A DNA stretch of 64,000 bases from Eledone cirrhosa (GCA_964016885.1 OZ024756.1:17484001-17548000); one strand, 5' to 3'; numbered from the stretch's first letter, positions 1 through 14,639 are shown. Notes: generated from the letters alone by a model not told the origin. Numbers and translations are program-made.

Positions 1-401
1 TGTGTCTGTGTTTGTGAGAGAGTGAGAGAGTGAGAGAGAGAAAGAAAGAGAGAGAGAGAGAGAGAGAACGGAAAGGCGTATCGATGAGTCAAGCCATTAT
101 AAGTCATTTGTAGAATCAATCAATATGGAAGAGAACAAGATCTGTGGAATGGCAGAACCATTAAAGCGTGAGACAGAATATCTACTGATATTTGGGTTTA
201 CAGTCATTGATGATCTAAGTTCAAGTCTCTCAGGGATCAACTTTGTCTTTTATCTGTCCTGGCTCAATAAAATAAAACGTCAATCAAATATAGACATTGT
301 TTTAAGCGGTCATACTTTTGTCTGTGTAAAAGTGTTTAAAGTATGTATGACCTGACCCTCGTGTCATTTGTATGGAGAGCTTTGTAGTTGCAAGAAAATA
401 T

Positions 402-458
<57 letters not shown>

Positions 459-513
459 ATATATATGTGTGTGTGTACATATATATATACATACATATAT
501 AAGTGTGTATATA

Positions 514-554
<41 letters not shown>

Positions 555-556
<2 letters not shown>

Positions 557-750
557 CAAAGGAATTGTGGTAAGGAACCAGATGGACCATAACGCACCAG
601 AGTACTCAATACTTAGGGTAGTAAAGTGGGAAATAGGAAAAAATATGACCCCGACGGCAGAGCTCAAGCCGTTTCGACGGCTATTTCTGAGTCCAGAAAT
701 AGCCGTCAAAACGGCTTGAGCTCTGCCGTCGGGGTCATACTTTTTCCTAT
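555..750 (-). mobile_element. PLE pLTR 3' fragment (family A) with 5' fold-back, inserted in (TA)n
   Basis: Inverted arms about 633-689 and 694-750. Carries the HHR 3' half GAAA-CGGC-loop-GCCG-TC-GGGGTC. Homologues at 6910, 40271 and 55770. Confidence 0.7.
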
Positions 751-1120
751 ATATATATATATATACAGTATATATATATATTTGGTTATTAGTATTGGTG
801 CTCTGAAATAGCGATGTATGTATGAATGTAAGTATAGTATATTTGCTAATTATATTGTATGTTTATTTAAAAACATTTTGAAGACCATTCGCTATGAGTT
901 TTAAAGTAGTGACTATGTCACCCACTTGGTGTCGGCAAAAGCAAAAGGAAGCAGCCGACGGACGTTTCTCACTCCTTAGCGGTTATCAAGATTGTATATC
1001 CCTTCACTTCTGCTGAGATTTATAAAAGCTGGATTCTTATAGAATTCCAGTGATGTTTAAGAGCTGATAAACATACAGTATATTATCAAATATACTATAC
1101 ATACATTCATACATACATCG

Positions 1121-1800
1121 CTAGGTTAGCATCATCGGGGCTGTTTTCGTGCCCATCGCAATCTCAGATTTCTGTCTGTAGAATTTGTCATTGAATACGA
1201 AGTAGTTATTCTCCAAGACAAATTTGAGCTCTTCTATTATGAATTCTTTTATGATGCGGCGTGGGAGTTCATTGGAGTAATTTTCTAGCCAGAATTGGAT
1301 TGCTTCTATTCCTAGGTTGTGGGGGATATTGGAATATAGGTTGACTACATCAAAAGACACTAGTAGGGTTTGTTCATTATTAAGTGTTTTGGGGAGGTGG
1401 TTGAGCATATCAAGGTCATCCCTTATGTAGCTTTTAATGTGTTTAAGGAATGGTTTTAATAGGGTATCAAGGAAGTTGCTGAGTGGTGGGTTTCGTAAGC
1501 GGGGTCTGCTATTATAGGTCTTAATTTGAGGTCATTAGGTGAGGGTACATTGGTGAATATATCTGTGGCCGCCTTGCATGCCTTACTTATTTTTTTACTG
1601 TTATGTATCTTAGGAATACCGTAAAAAAGACTAGATTTACTTTTGAAGTCAGTGATATAGTTGTATTCCTTATCGGTAAGTCCTTCTCTGTAAAGCTTTA
1701 TAAGAGTTTTTAGGTTTCTCATTATTTTCTGTTGACTATAGTGTTCAGCTTTTCGTAGTATGCTTCATCTTCTAAAATGGAGGGCACTAGAGTTGTATAA
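1121..1800 (-). pseudogene. Penelope-like retroelement reverse transcriptase fragment, frameshifted
   Basis: Motifs FYGIPKIH, LRPII, LVSFDVVNLYSNIPH, LENNYFVFNDKFYRQ and AMGTKTAP are typical of PLE RT. Split over two ORFs. Confidence 0.92.
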
Positions 1801-1809
1801 AATTCCGTC

Positions 1810-2158
1810 TTCTCCCTCTACCACTTCCACTACCACAATTGTAGTTAACAACCAGTCAGACAATAACAAGGAACAAACCAACTTCTATTCCTAACCACCT
1901 TTTATATGTATGTAAACTATGTTATCTTATACACTCTTCTTATTAATATGAACCTTAATTTTATTATACACTTTTAATCATATTTCCTGTAGCATGAAGA
2001 AGCCTAAACAACTTTTGACTGAAACCGGTACGATTAATTGCTTTTTTAAAATAAATATTTTGCTGTTATTCTATGAGAAAATCCCATTAGCCTTTTCTAC
2101 TATTGTTCTTATTTTCCTAATATATATCAGCTCGTGAGTCACTTCTCAACATTCTATA
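1810..2158 (+). mobile_element. Probable inverted pLTR next to the PLE RT fragment, with a degenerate HHR
   Basis: aTGAAGA-AGCC...GACT-GAAA-CCGG-TA at about 1994-2020, followed by AATAAA and a T-rich tail. Opposite strand to the RT. Confidence 0.55.
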
Positions 2159-2330
2159 TATAAGAATAAAGGAACAAAGAGTCATGGTTGCATTGTTATG
2201 ATGCAACACTGATTCTCTGTTCCTTTATTCTTATACGATTATACTCTGCTCTGCGTGAGTATCGAGTGATCACCCGGCATACCGCTTACGGACGCAATTT
2301 TCTTGTACCTATACACCTATATATATATAT
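2157..2330 (+). mobile_element. Short fold-back element (family F)
   Basis: Imperfect inverted repeat TATAAGAATAAAGGAAC...GTTCCTTTATTCTTATA. Its 3' part resembles 58450-58555 in reverse (CCGGGTGA.CACTCGATA). Confidence 0.5.
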
Positions 2331-2344
2331 ATATATATATATAT

Positions 2345-2573
2345 ACTGTGGTTACCCGCAATTGAACCCGGGATAAACTTATTTATATATATATATATAC
2401 TGTGGGTAACCACAGTAAATAAGGTACTCAATACAAAGCAGAGTATAAATATTTAATATAGAAAGGCTTCTACAGGACTAGAACTGTTTCATCCGGGAGA
2501 AATCATCAGGGCTTCCTGATGATTTCTCCCGGATGAAACAGTTCTAGTCCTGTAGAAGCCTTTCTATATTAAA
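2345..2573 (-). mobile_element. PLE pLTR fragment (family B) with about 59-bp fold-back arms
   Basis: Arms 2452-2510 and 2515-2573. An inverted copy of the 3' end lies at 2345-2378. Homologues at 40541, 58890, 61062 and 3091. Confidence 0.75.
2510..2560 (+). ncRNA. Type I hammerhead ribozyme motif (family B)
   Basis: GGCTTC-CTGATGA-TTTCTCCCGGAT-GAAA-CAG-TTCTAGTC-CTG-TA-GAAGCC. Stem I is 6 bp and stem III is CAG/CTG. Confidence 0.75.
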
Positions 2574-2611
2574 CACACACACACACACACACACATACAT
2601 ATATATCTGTC

Positions 2612-2659
2612 CTTGTCTGATAACTTTGTAATAAACAGGCGAAACTCCAGAGTAACAAG
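2612..2659 (+). ncRNA. Type I HHR motif with one core substitution
   Basis: CTTGT-CTGATAA-...-GAAA-CTC-CA-GAG-TA-ACAAG. Confidence 0.6.
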
Positions 2660-2699
2660 ACACATAAATTAATATATATATTCACATTGTCGTGGTATA

Positions 2700-2943
2700 A
2701 GTATGGCCACTGTATTCGGTTGTTATTGAGGAGTATGAAAAGAAGGGGCTCAACAATATTTCTATGAACAATGCACGTAGACAGCTAAACTGTACTTTCA
2801 ACTTCTTAATTTTCTCCAAATAAAACAAGTTTCCTGTCGGTATATTTTCGTGAGTTTTTAACAGGCACTCACAAATAAACGTTTCTCATTGGAGGTGCTA
2901 TTACCAATGTTCTTACCCGTGCAACGCCGGGATACACTGCTAG
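2700..2943 (+). mobile_element. Helitron 3' end (5' boundary uncertain)
   Basis: Subterminal hairpin CCCGTGCAACGCCGGG followed by CTAG|T. Confidence 0.6.
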
Positions 2944-3395
2944 TACCTTATAAATGTTGTGTTTTATTCTAGACGATAATGTTTTTCTTCTCAATCCATT
3001 GAGTGCTTTGTGATTGCCTCAAACAAATCGATTAATACCTGCTGTATAGCAACTACAGCTTCGATTCATAGCCAATATATTTATTTTACTATAGAAATGA
3101 TTTCTACATGACTAGAACTGTTTCATTTACACGAAACCGCCAGAAAATGAATATACCTATCCTCTACTAATGTATGAAGTACTTTTATTTGACTGTGGTC
3201 GACTCCGGATTTCCATCGGGATTCCACACACACACACACACACATCATATATACATGTGTGTGTGTATGTGTGTGTGTGTGTGTGTGTGTATAAGGAAGA
3301 GGAATGAGTTACGTAGTCAAAATATCGGGCATTTGCCCTTCATCATGACTAACACAAAAGGAAAAGTGCAAAGAAAAGAAAATAACGTTAAAGAT

Positions 3396-3466
<71 letters not shown>

Positions 3467-3744
3467 TATATTACCTTCTCCTAGTCGTCATATAAAATTC
3501 TATGTGTATCTGTTATGGTTTTATTGCTGAAACCTATTATTTTGTGTTGTTTCTAGCTCCACGGACAGAGCTTTGGCTTGTGTCAGACGCTGTGACCCCA
3601 GGTGGACCAGCAGAACCGTCAGTAGGGGTCGAAACTGCCAAAGTTCATATCGATGGCTGAATACCTTGGATTCTGTGTAAGGTTGCCCCTTAAAATAATT
3701 TTTATCGTTGTATACAACGAACAAAACAAGGCATAATTGGGGCT

Positions 3745-4135
3745 GGAGCCTATAAAACAAATATGGATCTTGAGCCACCCATCCATGATATGTTGAGCCT
3801 AATCCACAAAACAAATATGGATCTTGAGCCACCCATCCATGATATGTTGAGCCTAATCTACAAAACAAATATGGATCTTGAGCCACCCATCCATGATATG
3901 TTGAGCCTAATCCACAAAACAAATATGGATCTTGAGCCACCCATCCATGATATGTTGAGCCTAATCCACAAAACAAATATGGATCTTGAGCCACCCATCC
4001 ATGATATGTTGAGCCTAATCCACAAAACAAATATGGATCTTGAGCCACCCATCCATGATATGTTGAGCCTAATCCACAAAACAAATATGGATCTTGAGCC
4101 ACCCATCCATGATATGTTGAGCCTAATCCACAAAA
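3745..4135. repeat. 54-bp minisatellite, about 7 near-identical copies
   Basis: Unit AAAACAAATATGGATCTTGAGCCACCCATCCATGATATGTTGAGCCTAATCCAC. Confidence 0.95.
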
Positions 4136-4167
4136 ACCTCGTTTTGTTCTTAATGATAATAATAATA

Positions 4168-4628
4168 ATAATTGTTTCTATATTTGGCACAAGGCCAGCA
4201 ATTATCCAGTACATTACTGGTACTTTTATTTTATCGACCCCGTAAGGATGAAAGGCAAAGTAAACCTCGGCAGGATTTGAACTCAGACCGTAAAGGGACG
4301 TAACTCTATGCTGCAAAGCACGACATCCACCAACCCTCTACTGATACTGCCAATCCACCGCCCTAATAAAAGAAGAGCCATCTCGCGATAATAATAATAG
4401 TAATAAACGAAAGATATATATAAATATATATATACATTATATCATCTCTATTTATTTCATTATATCAGTATCGGTAGAGGGTCGGACGCCATGATTTGGA
4501 GCATAGAGTTACGGCCCTTTATGATCTGAGTTCAAATCCCGCCGAGGTTAATTTTGCCTTTCATCCTAAAATAAAGTACCAGTAATGCACTGCGATAATT
4601 GCTGGCCTTGTGCCAAAAGTAGAAACAT
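4168..4628. mobile_element. Two divergent copies of a tRNA-derived SINE with a Nin-like domain (4168-4363 minus, 4466-4628 plus)
   Basis: A-box-like TGGCAGTATCGG, B-box GAGTTCAAATCC, central CTTTGCCTTTCATCCTTACGGGGTCGATAAAATAAAGTACCAG, tail GAAACAATTATT. Confidence 0.85.
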
Positions 4629-4878
4629 TTATATGTATATTTCGGAGTTGTAAAATTTTATGTCCTCCTTCCTCCTCAGACAAAATACAGAGAAGATGTA
4701 TGTTTCATGATATGCTGGTAGACAAACCAGCTGGACAGACTACCAAGAATATCTATATCTATCTATGCACACACACACACATACACACACACACACACAC
4801 ATACACACACACACATATATATTTTAACCAACATGACTTAGATTTCGTGAAAAAAAAAATATATATATATATATTATA

Positions 4879-4931
<53 letters not shown>

Positions 4932-4973
4932 TATATATATTATATATATATAATATATATAATATATATTATA

Positions 4974-5014
<41 letters not shown>

Positions 5015-5509
5015 TATATATATTATATATATATAATATATATATTATATATATATTATATATATATATTATATATATTATATATATTATATATATATAA
5101 TATATATATTATATATATGATATACTTTTAATGCCAAAAGAAGGAAGAAAATAATAAACTGGTGTCGCATAAGAAACTAAATATACTATTATTGCTGGCT
5201 GACTGTCTAATGAACAAGACAGATGTTATATATATATATATATATATTTCCTCTTCCCCCACCCCTCTATCCACACACGCACACACACTCCGACCTACAC
5301 CCCACCCCACACCTCTTCCTGAACATGCAACCCCGTTCTTCCCCCAACCCTTACTTTCACATACACACACACACTCACACACACACACGTACACCTACAC
5401 ACACACACACCACCTTCAGCCCTCCCCGCTCGGACACCCCGTCTCCCTCTCCCCACTCCACCCGCCACCACCCCTACACACCCTTCCACCACCTATTTTA
5501 CCCCATTTT

Positions 5510-5761
5510 AATTTTATTTTATTTTGATCATGCTTTTATTTTTAATTTCATTCGCACCGTTTCCTCCCACCCCCTTTTCGCTATATGTCTCTCCACCACT
5601 CCCCTACACACCCTTTGAACTCTCTTCCCACACGCTTTTCACCTGAAGAAGGGCTTATGCCCGAAACGTCGTTCCCCACCACCACCCCACTCTCCAGAGC
5701 GTGAAATTAATAAACATTCGTTGTACTGCCTCTCTGTTTTGTTCCTGTTCAAATTTTCCAT

Positions 5762-5762
<1 letters not shown>
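5510..5762 (+). mobile_element. PLE pLTR (family D) with an HHR-like core
   Basis: CTGAAGA-AGGGC-TTAT-GCCC-GAAA-CGTC at 5643-5670, then AATAAA and (TA)n. Near-identical inverted copy at 14966-15213. Confidence 0.7.
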
Positions 5763-5821
<59 letters not shown>

Positions 5822-5952
5822 CACACACGTGTATATGTGTGTGTGTTTATATATATATATATATAGATAGATACATACACGCACATATACTTAGATATAG
5901 ACACTAACCCTCGCTACACGTATACACACAGAGACGCCTGCAGATGTAATCG

Positions 5953-6350
5953 TAATAATTGTTTCTACTTTCGGCACAAGGCCAGCAATCACCCAGTACA
6001 TTACTGGTACTTTATTTTATCGACCCCCGTAATGATGAAAGGCAAAGTTAACCTCGACGGGATTTGAACTCAGAATGGCAAGGGCCGTAACTCTATGCGT
6101 CAAAGCATGGCGTCCGACCCTCTACCGATACTGCCAATTCACCGCCTTGATCGGATCTTAATAATTGTTTCTACTTTAGGCACAAGGCCAGCAATTACCC
6201 AGTGCATTACTGGTACTTTATTTTATCGACCCCGTAAGGATGAAAGGCAAAGTTAACCGCGGCGGGATTTGAACTCAGATCGTAAAGGGACGTAACTATG
6301 CTGGAAAGCATGGCGTTCGACCCTCTACCGATACTGCCAATCCACCGCCC
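5953..6350 (-). mobile_element. Tandem pair of Nin-like SINEs
   Basis: Two full copies, separated and flanked by the repeated TTGATCG(G)ATCTTAATAAT. Confidence 0.9.
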
Positions 6351-6385
6351 TTGATCGATCTTAATAATATATGGTTATTTGCACT

Positions 6386-6530
<145 letters not shown>

Positions 6531-6846
6531 GATATTAAATAAATGGAAACTATATTTATAAAACCATATTTATTTCATTATATATATTTCAGGGATATCA
6601 TATTAACAATATATATATATATATACACAGCTGTCAGCGCAGATAACCATATATATATATATATATATTATTCAAAATATTATTAATAAATGAAAAATAT
6701 TCTCATAACCAAAATATATACTTTGGTTATATATATATATATACACACACACACATATATATATATATATACAGATGTCAGCGCAGATAACCATATATAT
6801 ACATACATACATATATGTATATATATGTGTATATATGTATATATAT

Positions 6847-6868
6847 GTTCCTTACCACATTTCCTTCG

Positions 6869-6912
<44 letters not shown>

Positions 6913-7119
6913 CGAAGGAAATGTGGTAAGGAACCAGGTGGACCATAACGCACCAAAGTACTCAATACTTAGGGTAGTAGAGTGGGTAATAGGAACGAGT
7001 AGGACCCCGACGGCTGAGGTCAAGCCGTTTCGACGGCTAATTCTGGACTAAAAAAATATTTTTAGTCCAGAATTAGCCGTCGAAACGGCTTGACCTCAGC
7101 CGTCGGGGTCCTACTCGTT

Positions 7120-7123
<4 letters not shown>
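6847..7123 (-). mobile_element. Family A pLTR with about 65-bp fold-back, plus an inverted 3'-end stub across the (TA)n tract
   Basis: Arms about 6989-7055 and 7058-7123. Stub GTTCCTTACCACATTTCCTTCGTTA at 6847-6871. Confidence 0.75.
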
Positions 7124-7161
<38 letters not shown>

Positions 7162-7239
7162 CACATATATATATACATATGTCAGCGCAGATAACCACAT
7201 ATATATACATACATACATATATGTATATATATTAGTGTG

Positions 7240-7291
<52 letters not shown>

Positions 7292-7359
7292 TTTTCACCA
7301 TTATTTATATAATGTAATATCATTTAATTGTATTGATTTCCTAATGTTGGCAGTGTGCC

Positions 7360-8670
7360 GGGTGGTGGTGGTGAGGAGTGAGTGAGAGAGGGAGGAGGAG
7401 GGAGGATGTGGTGGTGATAGAGGGAGGTGGAGGGAGGAGGTGGTGGTGAGAGAGGGAGGAGGAGGAGGTGGTGGTGAGATGGAGGTGGAGGAAGGAGGTG
7501 GTGGTGAGAGGGAGGTGGAGGGAGGAGGTGGTGGTGAGAGAGGGAGGTGGAGGGAGGAGGTGGTGGTGAGAGAGGGAGGAGGAGGAGGTGGTGGTGAGAT
7601 GGAGGTGGAGGAAGGAGGTGGTGGTGAGAGGGAGGTGGAGGGAGGAGGTGGTGGTGAGAGAGGGAGGTGGAGGGAGGAGGTGGTGGTGAGAGGGAGGTGG
7701 AAGTAGGTGCTGGTGGTGAGAGAGGGAGGAGGTGGTGGTGAGATGGAGGTGGAGGGAGGAGGTGGTGGTGAGAGAGGGAGGAGGAGGTGGTGGTGAGGAG
7801 TGAGTGAGAGAGGGAGGAGGTGGTGGTGAGAGGGAGGTGGAGGGAGGATAAGAGGAGGGGTGAGGAGGGAGCTAGATGAAATGAAGGGGTGCAGGTGGGG
7901 GCTTATTAGAGACTTGCTGTTTGAACTGACACCGTGTATGACTGGTACTTAATGTTGTTCTTGTAATGACTTCAAAACTCCGCAACCATCACCACCAGCA
8001 CTATCACTCCCACCACCATCACCACCATCACCATCAGCATCACTACCACCACCATCAGCATCACTACTACCACCACCACCACCATCATCACCCCCACCGC
8101 CATCACCATCACCCCACCACCATCAACATCACTACTACCACCACCACCACCATCACCCCCCCCCCCCACCATCAGCATCACTACTACCACCGCCATAACC
8201 GTCATCACCGCAATCACCATCACTCCCACCACCATCACCATCACCTCCACCACCATCAGCATCACTACTACCGCCGCCACCACCATCATCACCGCCATCA
8301 CCATCACCCCCACCACCATCAGCATCACTACTACCACCGCCATCAGCATCATCACCGCCATCACCATCACTCCCACCACCATCAGCATCACTACTACCAC
8401 CACCACCACCATCATCACCGCCATCACCATCACTCCCACCACCATCAGCATCACTACTACCACCACCATCACCGCCACCACCACCACTACCACCATCACC
8501 ATCACCACTATCCCTCCCACCACCACCACCACTACTACCACCACCATCACCATCACCGCCACCGCCATCACTACCACCATCACCACTATCCCTCCCACCA
8601 CCATCAGCACCTCCAATACCACTACCCACCACACCCAACCACCAGCAGCACTATCACTGCCGCCGCCACC
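7360..8670. repeat. GGA/GGT-rich then CAC/CAT-rich compound trinucleotide repeats
   Basis: Low-complexity tracts; the ORFs are poly-His or poly-Gly translations. Confidence 0.9.
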
Positions 8671-8672
8671 AC

Positions 8673-9486
8673 GGTCGATAAAACAAAGTACCAGTAATAC
8701 ACTGGGGTAGATTTAGTCGAATTTCTCCTCCCCATAAATCAGAGGTGGATTGGCAGTATCGGTAGAGGATCGGACGCCATGTTTTGCAGCAAAGAGTTAC
8801 GGCCCTTTATGGTCTGAGTTCAAATCCCGCTGAGGTTTAACTTTGCCTTTCATCCTTACGGGGTCGCTAAAATAAAGTACCAGTAATGCACTGGGATAAT
8901 TGCTGGCCTTGTGCCAAATGTAGAAACAATTATTATTAAAGGGCAGTGGATTGGCAGTGTCGGTAGAGGGTCGGACGTCATGCTTTGCAGCATAGAGTTA
9001 CGGCCCTTTACGATCTGAGTTCAAATCCCGTCGAGGTTAACTTTGCCTTTCATCCTTACGGGGTCGATAAAATAAAGTACCAGTCACACACTGGGGTCGA
9101 TTTAATCGACTTTCCCCTCCCCCCCCCCCAAATTGCTGGCCTTGTGCCTTTATAAGAAACCATTGTTCAAATCCTGCCGAGGTAAACTTTGCCTTTCATC
9201 CTTACGGGGTCGATAAAATAAAGTACCAGTAATGCACTGATGAATTGCTGGCCTTGTGCCAATAGTAGAAACAATTAATATTAAATTAACAGAATCGGTA
9301 GAGCACCAGACAAAATGCTCTGTAGTGTCTCTTTTCTGCATTCTGAGTTCAAATCCTGCTGAGGTCAACTTTGCCTTTCATCTCCTCCGGAGCCCATAAT
9401 ATAAAGTACCAGTAATGAACTTGGGTCGGTTTAACCGACTATACCCTTCCCAAACGTTGCTGGCCTTGTTGGCTGTCTTAGAAACC
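8673..9486 (+). mobile_element. Cluster of 4-5 Nin-like SINE copies (full, partial and older)
   Basis: Copies start near 8742, 8941, 9164 and 9287. The copy at 8941 keeps the internal GGGGTCGATTTAATCGAC segment. Confidence 0.85.
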
Positions 9487-9487
9487 T

Positions 9488-10237
9488 TTGTTGTTGTTGT
9501 TGTTGTTGTCATCGATGTTGTTATATGTTTTGTTACTGTTATTGTTGTTGCTGTCGTTACTGTTATTGCGGTTGTTATTGTTGTTGCTGTTGCTGTTACT
9601 GCTGTTATTGCTACAGTATTGTTATTGCTGCTGTTACTGTTGTTGTTGTTGGTATTGTTGTTGCTGTTACTGTTGTTGTTGTTGTTGGTATTGTTGTTGC
9701 TGTTACTGTTGTTGTTGTTGCTGTTGTTACTGTTGTATGTTACTGTTATTGCTGTTGATATTGTTATTGTTGTTGCTGTTACTGTTGTTACTACTGTTGC
9801 TATTGTTGTTGTTGTTGTTACTGTTGCTATTGTTGTTGTTGTTGTTGTTGTTACTACTGTTGCTATTGTTGTTGCTGTTACTACTGTTGCTATTGTTGTT
9901 GCTGTTACTACTGTTGCTATTGTTGCTGTTACTACTGTTGTTGTTACTAAGTGTTGCTATTGTTGTTGTTACTACTGTTATTGCTGTTGGTATTGTTATT
10001 ATTGCTGTGCTGTTATTACCTTCATTGTTGTTGTTTTTGTGGTTGTTATTGTTGCTGTTGTTGTTATTATTGTTGCCCCCCCCCCCTCCCTCCACAAATC
10101 CCACGTGATTGGTATGAATAAAATATAACATTAAATCGATTTCATTGGAAATCTGGGGTAGAAATTATTTTAATTTGCATTGTCCCCTCCCTGGTGAACA
10201 CTAGATCCATCTTTCTGTTTAAGACTTCCTCTACAAA

Positions 10238-10295
<58 letters not shown>

Positions 10296-10383
10296 AAAGC
10301 AACAGCAGCAACAACAGCAGCAGCATCAGCAGCAGGACCAACAGCAACAACAGCAGCAGCAACAACAAAAGCAGCAACAGCAA

Positions 10384-10419
<36 letters not shown>

Positions 10420-10545
10420 AAGCAACAACAGCAAAAGCAACAGCAACAGCAGCAGCAGCAACAGCAACAACAGCAGCAACATCAGCAGCAACAGCAACAA
10501 CAAAAGCAGCAGCAACAGCAGAAAGACCAACAACAACAACAACAA

Positions 10546-10610
<65 letters not shown>

Positions 10611-10632
10611 GCAGCAACAGCAGCAGCAGGAA

Positions 10633-10664
<32 letters not shown>

Positions 10665-12775
10665 TCTCTCTCCACCAACGTGACCACCCCGCCATCAGAA
10701 TCTCTAAAGCAATTATCAAAGCCCCCCCCCAATCCAATAACAACACCATCCCCACCAACACCACCAACACCACCACTATCGCCATCACCGTCACCACCAT
10801 TACAATGGTTACTACTGACATCAATAACACCACCATCATCACCATCACCACCACCATCACCATCACCACCACCACCATCATCACCATCATCACTAACACC
10901 ACCATCACCACCACCACCATCACCACCATCATCATCACCATCACTAACACCACCATCACCACCACCACCATCATCACCACCATCATCACCATCACCATCA
11001 TCATCACCCACCATCATCACCATCACCATCACCACCATCATCATCACTACTAACACCACCATCACAACCAACAACACCAACAAAACCATCATCACAATCA
11101 CCACCAGTAAAAACCATTACCACAAACACCGCCATCACCACCACCACCACCACCACAAACACCACCATCACTACCACCACCACCATCATCACAACCATCA
11201 ACACCACCACCACCATCAACACCATCACCACCATCACAATCATCATCACAACCATCAACACCACCACCACCACCATCAACACCACCACCACCATCAACAC
11301 CACCACCACCATCACAATCATCACCACCACCATCATCACAACCATCAACACCACCACCACCATCAACACCACCACCACCATCACAATCATCACCATCACC
11401 ATCATCACAACCATCAACACCACCACCACCATCAACACCACCACCACCATCACAATCATCACCACCACCATCATCACAACCATCAACACCACCACCACCA
11501 TCAACACCACCACCACCATCACAATCATCACCACCACCATCATCACAACCATCAACACCACCACCATCAACACCACCACCACCATCACAATCATCACCAC
11601 CACCATCATCACAACCATCAACACCACCACCACCATCAACACCATCACCACCATCACAATCATCACCACCACCATCATCACAACCATCAACACCATCACC
11701 ACCACCACACCACCACCACCATCACAATCATCACCACCACCATCATCACAACCATCAACACCACCACCACCACCATCAACACCACCACCACCATCACAAT
11801 CATCACCACCACCATCATCACAACCATCAACACCACCACCACCATCAACACCACTACCACCATCACAATCATCACCACCACCATCATCACAACCATCAAC
11901 ACCACCACCACCATCAACACCATCACCACCATCACAATCATCACCACCACCATCATCACAACCATCAACACCATCACCACCACCACAACCATCAACACCA
12001 TCACAATCATCACCACCACCATCATCACAACCATCAACACCACCACCACCACCATCAACACCACCACCACCATCACAATCATCACCACCACCATCATCAC
12101 AACCATCAACACCACCACCACCACCATCAACACCACCACCACCATCACAATCATCACCACCACCATCATCACAACCATCAACACCACCACCATCAACACC
12201 ACCACCACCATCACAATCATCACCACCACCATCATCACAACCATCAACACCACCACCACCATCAACACCATCACCACCATCACAATCATCACCACCACCA
12301 TCATCACAACCATCAACACCACCACCACCATCAACACCACCACCACCATCACAATCATCACCACCACCATCATCACAACCATCAACACCACCACCATCAA
12401 CACCACCACCACCATCACAATCATCACCACCACCATCATCACAACCATCAACACCACCACCACCATCAACACCATCACCACCATCACAATCATCACCACC
12501 ACCATCATCACAACCATCAACACCACCACCACCATCAACACCACCACCACCATCACAATCATCACCACCACCATCATCACAACCATCAACACCACCACCA
12601 CCACCATCAACACCACCACCACCATCACAATCATCACCACCACCATCATCACAACCATCAACACCACCACCACCATCACAATCATCACCACCACCATCAT
12701 CACAACCATCAACACCATCACCACAAATACCATAATAACCACCAGTATAACCATCATCACAACCAACAACACCAT
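9488..12775. repeat. (GTT/GCT)n, (CAG/CAA)n and (CAC/CAT)n tracts, the last with a higher-order unit of about 57 bp
   Basis: Repeating ACCATCACAATCATCACCACCACCATCATCACAACCATCAACACC block from about 11150 to 12720. Confidence 0.9.
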
Positions 12776-13018
12776 GTCATTATTGTTGTATCAATAACTA
12801 TCGATCTAGTCAGAGATATTTACACGATAGTTGATCGATTCATTATTAAATCATGATAGAGACTTGTAAATAACAAAATGGCGTCAACTTTTACATTTTA
12901 TTGTTTCAACTTCTTTCTGTCAGTCTGTCTGTTTGTCTGTTAGTCAGCCTGTCTGTCTGTCTGTCAGTCTGTTTGCTTGTCAGTCAGTCTGTCTGTCTGA
13001 CTTTCTCTCTCATATATA

Positions 13019-13081
<63 letters not shown>

Positions 13082-13097
13082 TCCTAACAAGCTCATA

Positions 13098-13262
13098 TGT
13101 CCCAACGCTCTGATACCATCAACACTATAAACACAAAGCTGGCATATCTAAGAACTGACTAACTGCCTGATGAGGTCATAGCCATTCAATGGCTATCATC
13201 GAAATATATATAGCAGTAAATAAAGGATTATGAGTTCATGCAATTGACTTATGTTTCGTCAC
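13098..13262 (+). mobile_element. PLE pLTR fragment (family G) with an intact type I HHR at 13162-13217
   Basis: ACTGC-CTGATGA-GGTCATAGCCATTCAATGGCTATCATC-GAAA-TATATA-TA-GCAGT. Near-identical copy at 62659-62823. Confidence 0.85.
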
Positions 13263-13293
<31 letters not shown>

Positions 13294-13420
13294 TAGATCT
13301 GTTGAATATGCATGCCAATTCTAACACATATATATCCTAGAAACGATCGTTAAATAATGAACTTTTTTTGTTTAATATAAGGAACTGTTTCATTGTTTTA
13401 TTCATTATTTTTTTAATATT

Positions 13421-13485
<65 letters not shown>

Positions 13486-13488
<3 letters not shown>

Positions 13489-13692
13489 GGTGGAACACTG
13501 GAAGGTAATATCTGTAGTGGTAGAGCACTCAGTCCAAGGGACGAGTTAGGTAGAAGTGGTTACACAACAGTTAGTTCACCATACCGAGAACAATTGTTTC
13601 ACCTTAGCGGATCCTCAGCTCGGAATGGGCATGGTTATAGGAACAGGAAGGGACGGGACTAGAATGGTTTCACTGCTAGGACCAGTTGCATC
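13486..13692 (-). mobile_element. PLE pLTR fragment (family J) with a minimal type I HHR at 13584-13623
   Basis: Minus strand CCGAG-CTGAGGA-TCCGCTAAGGT-GAAA-CAATTG-TT-CTCGG, with palindromic stem III. A copy of the 3' end lies at 51700-51762. Confidence 0.85.
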
Positions 13693-14602
13693 TCACCACC
13701 ACCACCACCAACACCACCACCACCACCAACACCACCACCAACACCAGCAACAAGAACACCACCACCACCAACAACAACATCACCACCACCACCACCACCA
13801 CCACCACAACCCACCATCACCAGCAACAACAACACCACCACCACCACCAACAACAACAGCACCATCACCACCCACCCACCATCACCACCAGCAACAACAA
13901 CACCACCACCAACAACAGCACCACCACCCACCATCACCACCACCAACACCACCACCAACACCACCCACCACCTTCCCCAACATATATTTGTCGCTGGCTC
14001 TGGACCATAGCTATTCATTTCTAGAAGAAACTTGATGAAAAACAAACAAAAACAGAAAAAAAACAAAATTAGAAACATGATAAAATTGGAACAAATTTCT
14101 CTCAATCTAAATAAAATTAGAGAAAATGATACTTAAAAATACGTCCCTATTACACATGTACACACACATGTACACACACATGCACACACGCATGTACACA
14201 CATATACACACATTCAAACACACACATATAGACGCATTCAAACACACGCACATTCAAACACACACACACATTCAAACAAACACACATACACACAAATTCA
14301 AACACACACACACGCGCACATATATATATATACATATATATATATATATTTGTATATATATATATTTTTATATATATATATATATATATATACAGATATA
14401 CATATATATATATATATATATACCTGTATATATATATATATATATATATACAGATATACATATATATATACAGATATACATATATTTATATACCTGTATA
14501 TATATATATATATATACAGATATACATATATATATACAGATATACATATATTTATATACCTGTATATATATATATATATACAGATATACATATATATATA
14601 TA

Positions 14603-14639
<37 letters not shown>

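Noticed and set aside
125-355. Possible host exon (76-aa ORF)
   Set aside because: No recognisable motif or supported splice structure.
3585-3650. HHR-like GACCCC...GGGGTC-GAAA
   Set aside because: Core reads CTGTGA and stem I does not pair; at best a decayed remnant.
4640-4760. Possible hammerhead on the minus strand (GAAA...CTGAGGA)
   Set aside because: Stems could not be assigned consistently.
8742-8830. tRNA genes
   Set aside because: The A/B boxes belong to SINE heads; no complete cloverleaf.
10194-12797. 867-aa Thr/His/Pro-rich ORF
   Set aside because: Translation of trinucleotide repeats, open in several frames and both strands, with no domain.
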